A DNA stretch of 64,000 bases from Candidatus Uhrbacteria bacterium RIFOXYB12_FULL_58_10 (GCA_943354165.1 CALRBH010000005.1:18-64017), one strand, 5' to 3'. Positions 21,301 through 31,253 are shown, counted from the stretch's first letter. The notes: a model not told the origin generated them from the letters alone. Made by a program: numbers and translations.

Positions 21301-22203
21301 ATGCCTAAAATTTTCCCGCAGTTCGAACCCCTGGACCTCAGCCATAAGCCCCAGGTCGAATCCCTGACCTCGCGGTTCCATCCTTACTCAGATTTCAACT
21401 TCACTAGCCTGTTTTGCTACAACACAAACGGGTGTGTCGCCCTCTCGGACCTTCATGGCAACGTTGCCGTGCGGTTTGCCGACTACCTCACGGGCCTCCC
21501 GTTCTATTCATTCATCGGCGATGCGTATGCGGATGAAACGGCCCACACGCTCCTCACGCACGCACGCGACGAAGTCGGCGTCGCGGAATTGAAACTTGTT
21601 CCTGAATCCACAGCACAAAACCTCGATCGCAACCGATTCGAGGTGCAGGAAGACCCAGACAACGTCGACTACATCCTGTCTGTAGATCGACTGAAGACCT
21701 ATAATGGCAGCGTCCTGAAACCGTGCCGGAACTCGGTCACCCGCTTCCTCCGTTCCCATATTCCGGAAACGCGACTCCTTGACCTTGCGAACCCCGAAGT
21801 CCAAAAGGAACTAAAAACGCTCTTCCTCGCCTGGGCCAAGCAGAAAAAGATTCCGTTCGACCAGACGGAAAACGAGTTCAAGGCGATCAGTAACATTTTT
21901 AAGCTTCCGACCTATGATCGTCTGGTGACTATTGGTGTTTTTGTCGAAGGACAGCTCGCGGGATTTTCTATCAGCGAGATCCTCGCCAACGGATACGCAA
22001 CGACCCACTTTGAGAAGGGCAATCCTTCACGCCATGTCGGCATCTACCAATACATGACACAGGAGACGGCCCGGATTCTTTCGACGATGGAGTGCGCGTT
22101 CATCAACTACCAGCAGGACATGGGACTCCCCGGCCTCAAGACTTACAAGAAGGGATACCATCCCATTTCGTATCTAAAAAAATTCCGCGTCACGTGGAAG
22201 TAG
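21301..22203 (+). CDS. DUF2156 / phosphatidylglycerol lysyltransferase-like GNAT protein
   Basis: HFEKG, GIYQ, INYQQDMGLPGLKTYK. Confidence 0.8.
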   Translation: MPKIFPQFEPLDLSHKPQVESLTSRFHPYSDFNFTSLFCYNTNGCVALSDLHGNVAVRFADYLTGLPFYSFIGDAYADETAHTLLTHARDEVGVAELKLVPESTAQNLDRNRFEVQEDPDNVDYILSVDRLKTYNGSVLKPCRNSVTRFLRSHIPETRLLDLANPEVQKELKTLFLAWAKQKKIPFDQTENEFKAISNIFKLPTYDRLVTIGVFVEGQLAGFSISEILANGYATTHFEKGNPSRHVGIYQYMTQETARILSTMECAFINYQQDMGLPGLKTYKKGYHPISYLKKFRVTWK

Positions 22204-22233
22204 ATCCGCGTGTGTGATACTATTTCCCTAAGT

Positions 22234-23064
22234 ATGAAGCTCAATGAACCAAAGCATTTGCGCAACAGCCTGTCCCTGCGCATCGCGGTCGCTCTGTTCG
22301 CGGCCCATCTCGTTTGGTGGGGAGCATTAACACTCCTGAATGCGCCCGACGAAACCAAGGCCATTTGGGGAGCCTCATACCAGGTGCTCGCCCTCTGGGG
22401 AGGTGTCTGGGGACTCATCATCGCCCGGTCATGGGGCGGCATGAAGAGCGTCATGGGACGATCCGTCGGTGCGTTTGCCATCGGGTTGATTTTGCAGAAC
22501 TTCGGACAGAGCGTGTTCAGCTACTTCAACTTGTTCGCCCAGGTTGAAATGCCCTACCCTTCGCTCGCAGACCTTGGCTACTTCGGCAGCATCCCGTTCT
22601 ATATCTACGGCGCCATCATGCTCGGAAAGGCCTCTGGGGTGAGCATTTCCCTCAAGTCCGTCTCGAGCAAATTGCAGGCCGTTACCATTCCGGTCATCAT
22701 GCTGGGACTTTCCTACTTCTACTTCCTTCGGGGGTATGAGTTTAATTGGTCGGCACCGCTCCGAATGTTCCTCGATTTCGGCTATCCATTCGGTCAGGCC
22801 ATTTACGTATCGCTCGCCATGCTCGTCTACCTGCTGTCTACCAAGACTCTGGGGGGAATTATGAAAGACAAAGTGCTCCTGATCCTCGCCGCCCTCGTCG
22901 TCCAGTACCTCGCCGATTATAACTTCCTCTACCAAGCCGCCGCCGGGAGCTGGGCCGTCAGCGGATATGGCGATGTCATCTATCTCACGGCTTACTTCCT
23001 CATGGCATTCGGACTCATCCATCTTAAGACCGAATACATCCACGCCCGCCCCTCGGCCTCCTAA
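22234..23064 (+). CDS. Stand-alone polytopic membrane (sensor-like) protein
   Basis: About 8 TM segments, YPSLADLGY, YPFG motif. Confidence 0.75.
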   Translation: MKLNEPKHLRNSLSLRIAVALFAAHLVWWGALTLLNAPDETKAIWGASYQVLALWGGVWGLIIARSWGGMKSVMGRSVGAFAIGLILQNFGQSVFSYFNLFAQVEMPYPSLADLGYFGSIPFYIYGAIMLGKASGVSISLKSVSSKLQAVTIPVIMLGLSYFYFLRGYEFNWSAPLRMFLDFGYPFGQAIYVSLAMLVYLLSTKTLGGIMKDKVLLILAALVVQYLADYNFLYQAAAGSWAVSGYGDVIYLTAYFLMAFGLIHLKTEYIHARPSAS

Positions 23065-23066
23065 AA

Positions 23067-23098
23067 AAATAGCCTCGCCAATATGGTGAGGCTATTTT
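23067..23098. terminator. Bidirectional intrinsic terminator
   Basis: AAAATAGCCTC..GAGGCTATTTT. Confidence 0.7.
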
Positions 23099-23106
23099 GT
23101 TTTCCC

Positions 23107-23460
23107 CTAGTTCCCCCAACAGACCGTCTGTTCCCTCACCACCGTTTCCGGCGTAGAAAAATACTTTAGACAGACACGCCGTGCATCTTCGATCACAAAC
23201 GCCTTACAGGAAAAGATGTCGATGAGCGCTTCGTTGAACTTCGTGAACGTATGAATGGAAACGTGTGAGTAGTCCAGCACTGCGAAGCAGGACAACCCAG
23301 GATTTTCCGGCACGCCTTCACAGACCACCGGCCCGTAAAGGATGTTCATCTTCACCACCGCAACGACTTCTACGGCGAATTCCTTTAGGCAATCTTCATC
23401 ATGAATCGCATCCCCGGCGTGGGAAAGATCGAAGAGAATATGGTACCGAGGTGTCTGCAT
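23107..23460 (-). CDS. S-adenosylmethionine decarboxylase-like pyruvoyl enzyme
   Basis: GLSC..LDYSHVSIHTF...IDIFSC (SH.SIHT motif). Confidence 0.75.
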   Translation of the reverse strand: MQTPRYHILFDLSHAGDAIHDEDCLKEFAVEVVAVVKMNILYGPVVCEGVPENPGLSCFAVLDYSHVSIHTFTKFNEALIDIFSCKAFVIEDARRVCLKYFSTPETVVREQTVCWGN

Positions 23461-23468
23461 AGTGGGGG

Positions 23469-25178
23469 TTACATTTCCATTGCTGGCTTGATGCCGAGGA
23501 GCGCAAGACCGTTTTCGAGCACCTGCTGCACGGCCTTCACCGTCGCGAGGCGCGCCATGCGCTCTTCCCCTTCACTCGAGGCGACGGGAACGGCTTCGTA
23601 GTAGGAACTGAAGGTCTGGGCGAGGTCGAAGAGGTACTGGGCGATGAGACTTGGCTTCAACTCGGCTCCCGCGGCCGCTACGGCTTCAGGATAAGAGGCC
23701 AGCGCAAGCAGCAACCGATGCTCCAGTGGATGTGTGAACCTCAATCCCTTACCACCTTTACCGCCCTTACCACCTTTACCCGCCTTCTTGAGCACACTCG
23801 TTGCGCGGGCGAACATATAGAGGAGGTATGGGCCGGAGAAACCTTCGAACGACATGGCTTCGGCGCGATCAAAGATGATTTTCTTGTCCGGATCCTGCTT
23901 GAGCATCGCGAAGCGGATGGCGGCGAAGGCTACCGACTGCGCCGCGGCGTCGAGTTGCTTCTGGCTCCAGTCCTCATGGCGCTTCTTGGATTCCGCATGC
24001 GCCGCCGCGATCAGCTCATCGCGGAACTCTTCATACCGAATCGCGTTTCCTTTCCGGGAGGACATTGATCCTTCCTTAAGAGTGACGAATTCGTAGGAAA
24101 CGTGTTCCATCTCCTTCTCGAACCCCATCCGCTTGAGGGTCGCAAACAGCTGGCGCATGGCGAGCGTCTGGCGGCCGTCGATCACGAACAGACTGCGCGG
24201 GGCGTGATAGTCATCATCCTTGCGCATCGCGAGGGCGAGGTCCTTGGCGTTGTACAGAAGCGTCCCATCGGACTTCACAAGCAGGTTGGCTCCGAAGCCT
24301 TCATCCTCCAAGTCGACGATCCAAGCTCCTTCACTCATTTTTACGATCCCTTTCTTTTTCAAATCCTCGATGATCTCCTTGGTTTGAGGAATGAGATCGC
24401 TCTCATAATAGGTTTTCTGGATGGTGAGGCCGAGTTCCTTCTGGATGGCCTTAAAGTTCTTGAGCGACCAAGTGCGGGTTTGCTTCCAGAGGCGCACAGC
24501 GGGACCCTTGAGGTCCTCGAGCTCGTGGTGGATGGCGGAAATAGCCTGCTTCACTACTGGATCTGCAGACGCAGCGACCGCTTCCACGTACATGCGCTCA
24601 AGAAACGCGATATCATCCTCGTCCGCGCGGCGCTGGTCCTTGCTGCGCTGGATGGCCCAAAGACAGGCGGCCACGTTCGCGCCCAAATCGTTCACATAGG
24701 ACACGGGAATCACCTCATGACCGAGCGCACGCAGAAGATCAACGACCGCCTGGCCCAAAAAGAAATTTCGAAGGTGACCGACGTGCAATCCTTTGTGCGT
24801 ATTCGGGTTCGCGAACTCGACGAGGACCCGTTTGCCCTGGCCCGAATCGGACGTGCCGAACTTTTTGCCATCGGCGGCAATCTCTCCGAGGATCGCGGTG
24901 CCGAAAGAAGTGTCGTCGAACGTAAAGTTAATGTACGGACCCTTGGCCTCCGCCTTCTTAATGAATCCGTCTGGCGAAATCTTCGGCGCAAGCTCGGAAG
25001 CGATCTCCATGGGGTTCCGGCCCATTCCTTTTGCGAGGACGAAACAGGGAAACGCAATGTCGCCCATTGCTGGGTCTGGTGGGCTCGTGAGGTCTGCCAT
25101 CGTCGGCGCGTATTCCTTGCCGATCGCGGACTTCAACGCGAGCAGGACCTGCTTTTTGGCATCGAGCATGATGGACAT
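23469..25178 (-). CDS. argS: Arginine--tRNA ligase
   Basis: NPNTHKGLHVGHLRN, MSSRKGN, SFEGFSGPYL. Confidence 0.96.
   Translation of the reverse strand: MSIMLDAKKQVLLALKSAIGKEYAPTMADLTSPPDPAMGDIAFPCFVLAKGMGRNPMEIASELAPKISPDGFIKKAEAKGPYINFTFDDTSFGTAILGEIAADGKKFGTSDSGQGKRVLVEFANPNTHKGLHVGHLRNFFLGQAVVDLLRALGHEVIPVSYVNDLGANVAACLWAIQRSKDQRRADEDDIAFLERMYVEAVAASADPVVKQAISAIHHELEDLKGPAVRLWKQTRTWSLKNFKAIQKELGLTIQKTYYESDLIPQTKEIIEDLKKKGIVKMSEGAWIVDLEDEGFGANLLVKSDGTLLYNAKDLALAMRKDDDYHAPRSLFVIDGRQTLAMRQLFATLKRMGFEKEMEHVSYEFVTLKEGSMSSRKGNAIRYEEFRDELIAAAHAESKKRHEDWSQKQLDAAAQSVAFAAIRFAMLKQDPDKKIIFDRAEAMSFEGFSGPYLLYMFARATSVLKKAGKGGKGGKGGKGLRFTHPLEHRLLLALASYPEAVAAAGAELKPSLIAQYLFDLAQTFSSYYEAVPVASSEGEERMARLATVKAVQQVLENGLALLGIKPAMEM
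23746..23780. repeat. Family B 9-mer repeat in frame in argS
   Basis: Encodes GKGGKGGKGGKG. Confidence 0.8.
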
Positions 25179-25188
25179 AGGGGTCGGA

Positions 25189-25283
25189 GGGCTGTAAGGG
25201 CGGTAAGGGTCGTAAGGGGCTGAATACGTTCCTCCCCTTCGCCAAGGGGAGGTTGGGAGGGGTTGCCGTCCATGGCATCAGCC
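25189..25283. repeat. Family B arm (25189-25219) plus family G palindrome (25229-25283) in the tyrS-argS spacer
   Basis: gggctgtaa-gggcggtaa-gggtcgtaa; cctcccctt-cgcc-aaggggagg. Confidence 0.8.
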
Positions 25284-26489
25284 TTGTATGACACGAACGA
25301 AGTGCCGCTTTCCTTTCTGGATGACGTTTCCATTTTCCGTCGGGGTGATCGACAAGTCGTAGCCCGAAACGACAACCTCATCGACTTTCACTCCCCCGCC
25401 ATCGATCAAACGGCGAGCTTCGCCGTTGCTTGTGGCGAGGCCGGTGCGGACGAGGGCGTCGATGATGCCGATGGAGCCCAGGATTTTGACCGTTGGGATT
25501 TCGGTTGGCATCGCATGGTCCTGGAAGAGCGCATTGAACGCTTTCTTGGCGGCCTTTGCCTTGGCGCGGCTGTAAAAGAAGGTGACGACTTCCTCGGCGA
25601 GGTGGGCCTTCACATCGCGTGGGTTGGCGCCGGTCGCAAGTTCGTCTTTGATGGCCGCGAGTTCGATCGCTGGGATCTCCGTGAGCAATTCGAAGCCTGG
25701 TTCGATCATGCCATCAGTCCAGCTCATCACCTTGCCGAACATTTCGTCTGGCGAATCCGCAAGCGTGATCATGTTCCCTTCGCTCTTCCCCATCTTCTTG
25801 CCGGTATTGTCGACGAGAAGCTTCGTGGTGAGGACGAATTTCTCCTTGTGCTTGATTTCCTTCATGAGCGTGCGGCCGGCAAGCATGTTGAACGTCTGAT
25901 CGTTCCCGCCGATTTCCCCATCGACATCCATAGCGACAGAATCGTAGCCCTGCATGAGGGGATAGAGGAATTCGTGGAGGTGGACTGGCTTTCCTTCTGC
26001 GACGCGCTTCTCAAACATGTCGCGTTCGAGCATTTGCTGGACGGTGTAATGCGAAGCGAGTTCGACGACGTTGCTGAACGACATCTTGCCGAGCCACTTA
26101 GAGTTGTACTTAAGCTCGGCCTTGTTCTCGCCGGAGAATTTAAGGATCTTCGATGCCTGCTTCTTGTAGTTCTTGGCATTCTCGAGAACCTGTTCGCGAG
26201 TGAGACGGACGCGAGTTGCCGACTTGTCGGTAGGATCGCCAATCATGGCGGTGAAATCGCCGATGAGGAGGATGATCTTGTGGCCGAGGTCCTGGAGCTC
26301 GCGCAGTTTCATGAGGACGATGGCGTTCCCCAAGTGGAGCGATGGGCCGGTTGGGTCGATGCCAAGGTAGATGGTGAGTTGTTTCCCTTCTACGAGGCGG
26401 GCGCGAACGAAATCGCGCGATGGGTACACGTTTTCCACTCCTCGAGTGAGGAGGGCGTCGATTTTGTGGGCGTCAGTAATAACGTTCAT
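25278..26489 (-). CDS. tyrS: Tyrosine--tRNA ligase
   Basis: YLGIDPTG..LHLGN, YPLMQGYD, GGNDQ, KMGKS, S4 domain. Confidence 0.97.
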   Translation of the reverse strand: MNVITDAHKIDALLTRGVENVYPSRDFVRARLVEGKQLTIYLGIDPTGPSLHLGNAIVLMKLRELQDLGHKIILLIGDFTAMIGDPTDKSATRVRLTREQVLENAKNYKKQASKILKFSGENKAELKYNSKWLGKMSFSNVVELASHYTVQQMLERDMFEKRVAEGKPVHLHEFLYPLMQGYDSVAMDVDGEIGGNDQTFNMLAGRTLMKEIKHKEKFVLTTKLLVDNTGKKMGKSEGNMITLADSPDEMFGKVMSWTDGMIEPGFELLTEIPAIELAAIKDELATGANPRDVKAHLAEEVVTFFYSRAKAKAAKKAFNALFQDHAMPTEIPTVKILGSIGIIDALVRTGLATSNGEARRLIDGGGVKVDEVVVSGYDLSITPTENGNVIQKGKRHFVRVIQG

Positions 26490-26532
26490 ATCCCGCGCAT
26501 CGTAGCGGAAATGACTGATTTTCGCAAAAATC

Positions 26533-26557
26533 AAACGACCCCGTTGTGGGGTCGTTT
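26533..26557 (-). terminator. Intrinsic terminator after valS
   Basis: AAACGACCCC-GTTGT-GGGGTCGTTT. Confidence 0.6.
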
Positions 26558-26568
26558 ATTGCAGGTTA

Positions 26569-29238
26569 TTACAGGGCTTTGAGCTGAACCTCTAAGGCCG
26601 ACAGCTTCAACTGCGCCTCTGCGAGCTTCGCCCGCATCTCGGCGACCACCTTCTCCGGCGCCTTACCAACGAATTCCTTGTTAGTAAGCTTGGCTTCCGT
26701 ACCATCAATGTACTTACGAGCCGAAGCGATCTCGCCTTCGATGCGCGTGCGTTCCTTCGCCATGTCTACGAGACCGGCGAGGGGGATATGTATCGTGAAT
26801 CCGGTACCGACGGCGGACATGCTTCCCTCTGGCTTAGCGGCATCAGCCGCAATCGTCAGTTCGCCCACACGCGCCAATCGACGAATCAGCGATGCGTTCG
26901 CTTCGAGAAGTTCCGCCTGCGCACCCGCCGAAATCACCGCGACAATTTCCTTGGCTGGTTCCACCTTGTAGTCGGCACGCATCGCACGAATCGACGTAAT
27001 GACGCTTCGGACGGTTTCGAACTGCGCTTCGGCCTCTTCGTCGCGCGCGCCCGAACTTGTCGGATAAGGTTCGATGATGAGCATGCCCTTCTCACCCATT
27101 TCCTTCCAGATCGTCTCCGTCACAAACGGCATGAACGGATGCCAGAGGCGAATGATTCCATTGAGAATGAACCGAAGGTTCGCGTCGGTCGATACGAGAA
27201 GCGTCGCGTCCGTACGCTGGATCTTTGCGATCTCGAGATACCAGTCGGCGAACTCACTCCAGGTGAATTCACGCAAAGTTTCTCCGGCGGCAGAGTAATC
27301 CTTGTTCTCAAGGAATCGAACGGTTTTGCTAACAGTTTCCTCGAATCGGGACATGATCCACCGATCAGCCAAGGTCGTTCCTGTGGCCTCCGGCCTAACG
27401 CCTAACGCCTGTGCCCCAACTGTCGTCAGCACGAACCGGGAAATGTTCCAAAGCTTGTTCGTAAAGTTCCGCAAGCCGGCAACCTTCTCCTCAGAGAGCT
27501 TCACGTCGTTCCCCGCCGTCGAACCGATCACGAGCGAGAGACGCGTGGCGTCCGCTCCGTACTTCGCGATCATGTCGAGCGGGTTGATGATGTTGCCGAG
27601 GGACTTCGACATCTTCCTTCCCTGCTCATCACGCACGAGGCCGTGCAAGTAAACTTCCTTGAACGGAACTTCACCGAGAAGATAAGTCGTCATGCTCACC
27701 ATGCGCACGACCCAGAAGGTCAGAATGTCGTAACCTGTTTCGAGAACGCTCGTCGGATGGAATGTCTTGAGATCGTTCGTCTTCTCAGGCCAACCCAATG
27801 TCGAAAACGTCCAAAGTCCGGAGCTGAACCAGGTATCGAGGGTGTCTTCATCCTGAACCCACCCATCTCCCTCAGGAGCCGATGTGCCGACAAAAGTTTC
27901 CTCCCCGACCTCCCGGACCTCCCCAACCTTCCCAACCTTTCGGTACCAGACAGGAACGCGATGTCCGAACCAAATCTGGCGGCTGATACACCAGTCGCGG
28001 AGATTATCGACCCATTGGAAGTAGGCCTTCTCGAATCGCTCTGGGGTGATCTTCACCTTGCCGGAACGAACGGCGTCCTGGGTCAAAGTTTTCAACGTCG
28101 CCTTCTTGCCATCGCGATCAAATTCCTTGGAAGCACTGATAAACCACTGCAATTTAGGCAAAGGTTCGACGGTTCCGCCCGAACGTTCGGCGGTCGCCAA
28201 GTTCTGAATCGTCTTTTCCTCTGCTTCGATGAGACCTTGCTCCTTCAACCATGAAGCGACGATTTCGCGGGCTTCTTTCGTTGTCTTGCCAGCGACGAGT
28301 GGTCCGGCCACCTCGTTCATCCGTCCGTCTTCACCAATCACCTGCTTCAAGGTGAGTCCGTGACGATCTGCGATATCGGCGTCGATCAAACTATGTGCAG
28401 GCGTAACACCAAGCGCACCGGTTCCGAACTCTGGATCGACGGAATCGTCGGCGACGACCTTAATGGAAATCGTCGTGCCAGCGAATGGGATGTTTCCGAA
28501 TGTCATCCCGACGAACTGCTTGTAACGAGCGTCCTTTGGGTTCACGGCCACGGCCATGTCCCCTACTTTGGTCTCCGGGCGCGTCGTGGAAATGGCGATC
28601 GGGAAGTCCTTGCTGTACTTGAACGTATAAAGCGTCGCCTCCACTTCCTTATAGATAATTTCGATGTCTGAAATGGTCGTCTGTCCAAGCGGATCCCAGT
28701 TAATGACGCGATAGCCGCGATAAATAAGGCCGTCGTCGTACATCTTTTTGAAGGCGACATTCACGGTATGATTGCGCTCTGCGTCGAGCGTGTAGGCCTC
28801 GCGACTCCAATCGAGCGAGCTCCCCATCTTCTTGCACTGGTTCACGATAGTATCGTGGCTCTCCTGGGCGAACTTGTTCACCTCATCCAAAAACTTCTCT
28901 CGGCCAAGCGTGTGGCGAGGAGATTTCATGCCGCCCTCGATCAAAAGCTTCTCGACTTTCGACTGAGTTGCAATCGCGGCGTGGTCTGTACCAGGAATCC
29001 AGAGCGCCTTCTTGCCGCGCATGCGCTCAAAACGGACCATGAGGTCCTGGATGGCGAGCATAGTGGCGTGGCCCATGTGGAGCGTGCCGGTCACGTTCGG
29101 TGGAGGCAGAACCATGGAGAACGGTTCTTTGCGTTCGCCTGGAAGATTGTCGGGGTTGAAGAATCCACTCTGTTCCCAGTCCTTATAGACCTGGTCTTCG
29201 TGGGCTCCTGGCTCGTAGGCTTTTGGCATGTCGGGCAT
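26569..29238 (-). CDS. valS: Valine--tRNA ligase
   Basis: PPPNVTGTLHMGH, DWCISRQIWFGH, KMSKS; start moved to 29238. Confidence 0.97.
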   Translation of the reverse strand: MPDMPKAYEPGAHEDQVYKDWEQSGFFNPDNLPGERKEPFSMVLPPPNVTGTLHMGHATMLAIQDLMVRFERMRGKKALWIPGTDHAAIATQSKVEKLLIEGGMKSPRHTLGREKFLDEVNKFAQESHDTIVNQCKKMGSSLDWSREAYTLDAERNHTVNVAFKKMYDDGLIYRGYRVINWDPLGQTTISDIEIIYKEVEATLYTFKYSKDFPIAISTTRPETKVGDMAVAVNPKDARYKQFVGMTFGNIPFAGTTISIKVVADDSVDPEFGTGALGVTPAHSLIDADIADRHGLTLKQVIGEDGRMNEVAGPLVAGKTTKEAREIVASWLKEQGLIEAEEKTIQNLATAERSGGTVEPLPKLQWFISASKEFDRDGKKATLKTLTQDAVRSGKVKITPERFEKAYFQWVDNLRDWCISRQIWFGHRVPVWYRKVGKVGEVREVGEETFVGTSAPEGDGWVQDEDTLDTWFSSGLWTFSTLGWPEKTNDLKTFHPTSVLETGYDILTFWVVRMVSMTTYLLGEVPFKEVYLHGLVRDEQGRKMSKSLGNIINPLDMIAKYGADATRLSLVIGSTAGNDVKLSEEKVAGLRNFTNKLWNISRFVLTTVGAQALGVRPEATGTTLADRWIMSRFEETVSKTVRFLENKDYSAAGETLREFTWSEFADWYLEIAKIQRTDATLLVSTDANLRFILNGIIRLWHPFMPFVTETIWKEMGEKGMLIIEPYPTSSGARDEEAEAQFETVRSVITSIRAMRADYKVEPAKEIVAVISAGAQAELLEANASLIRRLARVGELTIAADAAKPEGSMSAVGTGFTIHIPLAGLVDMAKERTRIEGEIASARKYIDGTEAKLTNKEFVGKAPEKVVAEMRAKLAEAQLKLSALEVQLKAL
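27901..27940. repeat. Family C 9-mer repeat in frame in valS
   Basis: Encodes KVGKVGEVREVGE. Confidence 0.8.
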
Positions 29239-29243
29239 AAGCG

Positions 29244-29284
29244 AGAGGTTTGGAAGGTTGGGGAGGTTCGGAAGGTTTGGAAGG
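29244..29284. repeat. Family C 9-mer repeat (GGAAGGTTy) abutting the valS start
   Basis: gaggtttg-gaaggttgg-ggaggttcg-gaaggtttg-gaagg. Confidence 0.85.
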
Positions 29285-29336
29285 ATGAGTTGAATCGGGT
29301 TTACTGTAGGGGAAATTGGGCTGGGGGGCAATATTG

Positions 29337-29361
29337 ATGTCATCACAAATTGTGATGACAT
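29337..29361. promoter_or_regulatory. Perfect 25-bp palindrome, candidate protein-binding site
   Basis: ATGTCATCACAA-A-TTGTGATGACAT. Confidence 0.55.
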
Positions 29362-29365
29362 GGCG

Positions 29366-29869
29366 TCAACTTTTGAATCCGATTTCATCTTGTGATGAGT
29401 CTGGTTCGGAGAGAAGATGGCGCAGAGCCTCGAATACCGTGACGAACTGCTCGTCGTATGTCTTTTCCATCGCTTCTACTTTTTCAAGTAAGTCCTTATA
29501 ACCCTGGATCATTTCTCGCATTCTCGTAAATACACGGATGATCTGAATATTTACAAGAATCGCCCGCTCACTCTTTAGAACACTTGAAAGCATGGCAACG
29601 CCTTGCTCAGTAAAAGCCATTGGTCTCCAACGAAAATGTGTGGAGTCTTCGCCTAAGGTCACAATTTGTGACCTTAGATTTCTTGCTTCATACACAGTTA
29701 AAATGAACATAAAATCCTCCGGAAACCGTTCACTGTTTCGTTTCACTGCTTGCTTCAATACCTTCGTGGGCACGCCGTACAGTTCGGCTAAATCCGCATC
29801 CAACATCACCTTCCTCCCCCGAATCACGAAAATCCGTTGCTCAATCCTCTCCGACGGTACGAGCGACAT
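29366..29869 (-). CDS. ORF6N-domain (KilA-N-like) DNA-binding protein
   Basis: IRGRKVMLDADLAELYGV, QAVKRNSERFPEDFMF, PMAFTEQGVAMLSSVL, IGF end. Confidence 0.92.
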   Translation of the reverse strand: MSLVPSERIEQRIFVIRGRKVMLDADLAELYGVPTKVLKQAVKRNSERFPEDFMFILTVYEARNLRSQIVTLGEDSTHFRWRPMAFTEQGVAMLSSVLKSERAILVNIQIIRVFTRMREMIQGYKDLLEKVEAMEKTYDEQFVTVFEALRHLLSEPDSSQDEIGFKS

Positions 29870-30069
29870 ATCCATACACGTAAAAAATAAAAACGCCTCC
29901 GGCACAAATGCGGGAGGCTACTTATGCAGGTATTAAACCTGATTTTTTCGTTTTTGTCAAACCTGAACATGCAGGCTTGACGCCTCTCAAATTGATCGCT
30001 AAGGTACGCCATTCCCATGCTTGTCTCTTACGGGGCCCTTACGCCCTGGAGGATACTCTTAGGCAACGC

Positions 30070-31206
30070 ATGCCCTTCAATAAGGCCCAACAAATCAGCG
30101 AAGCATTGAAGCGGAGTGCCTCTCCGGTGGTTTGCGTAGCTGAGGGGGCTGGGGCCGATGGATACGCCGCCGCACTTGGCCTTGCCCGCGCCCTCGGCAA
30201 GCTTGGCAAGAAAGTAGAGATCGTCGCAGCCGACGGGAAGACTCCATCCGTCCTCTCCTTCCTCGCAGGTGCCGACACCGTAAAAACTACCTTCGAACGC
30301 CTCCGCCGGTTCCGGATTGAACTCGATATTTCAAAGACTCCGGTGGACGGCCTTTCCTACGAATTGAAAAACCAGAAACTGCTCATTCACCTCGAACCTC
30401 GCCAGGGATCTTGGAAGAAGGAAGATGTGAAGATGGCCGCCTCGATGTACCGCCACGACCTCATCATCGTCCTCGGAGCTGCGGACTTTGAAGCGTGTGG
30501 GAAGCTCTACTCCGCGCATCCGGATTTCTTCACGCACACTCCCGTCCTCAACATCGATGTTCGCGCGGAGAACGAACATTTCGGTCATCTCAACGCTGTT
30601 GACCTTACGGCCTCCTCGCTTGGCGAAGCCTGTCTCGCGATCGTTGAATCGATGGACCCGTCGCTCGTCGACGAAGAGATGGCGACTGCCTTCCTCACCG
30701 GCATCATCGCCCGCACCCGTAGTTTCCGCGCCCGCACCGTGACACCGAAGCATCTCGAAGTAGCTGGAAAGCTTCTTGGAAAAGGAGCGAAGCGCGATAA
30801 GATCGTCGAGAACCTTTATCGCACTCGAACAGTCCCTACGCTCAAGCTTTGGGGCACCGCGCTTACCCGACTTAAGTCCGACGTAGCAACGAAACTCGTC
30901 TGGTGCGTCCTCACCCGCGCCGACTTTACGGCGGCTGGGACCGATGAACGCGAACTCGCCGACGTTGTCGACGAACTTATCACTTCGAGCCCTGACGCCC
31001 AGGTCATCGCCCTCTTCTATGAGGCGGCCGACGGGTCCATTCAGACCCTGGTCCGCGCCGAGCGCCCCCGCAACGCCGTTTCCCTCACAGAAAACTGGCA
31101 TGGCATCGGGACGCCGGAAGAGGCTCGTGTGAGCTTCAAGGGAAAGACGATTATTGATGTGGAACGCGAGGTCATCGCACAGATGAAAAAGACGCTGACT
31201 GCATAA
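30070..31206 (+). CDS. DHH/DHHA1 (NrnA-like) phosphoesterase homolog with degenerate motifs
   Basis: NIDVRAENEHFG (DHH replaced), ATAFLTGII, LKLWGTAL. Confidence 0.7.
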   Translation: MPFNKAQQISEALKRSASPVVCVAEGAGADGYAAALGLARALGKLGKKVEIVAADGKTPSVLSFLAGADTVKTTFERLRRFRIELDISKTPVDGLSYELKNQKLLIHLEPRQGSWKKEDVKMAASMYRHDLIIVLGAADFEACGKLYSAHPDFFTHTPVLNIDVRAENEHFGHLNAVDLTASSLGEACLAIVESMDPSLVDEEMATAFLTGIIARTRSFRARTVTPKHLEVAGKLLGKGAKRDKIVENLYRTRTVPTLKLWGTALTRLKSDVATKLVWCVLTRADFTAAGTDERELADVVDELITSSPDAQVIALFYEAADGSIQTLVRAERPRNAVSLTENWHGIGTPEEARVSFKGKTIIDVEREVIAQMKKTLTA

Positions 31207-31253
31207 AGCCGATCCTCGAGGGTCGGCTTTATTTCTGGTACAATGCCCGCACT

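Noticed and set aside
29239-29388. ValRS N-terminal LPNLPNLPN extension
   Set aside because: It is a translation of the intergenic repeat and palindrome; homology begins at MPDMPKAYEP.
29366-29869. Prophage indicated by ORF6N
   Set aside because: Flanked by housekeeping genes; no integrase or structural genes.
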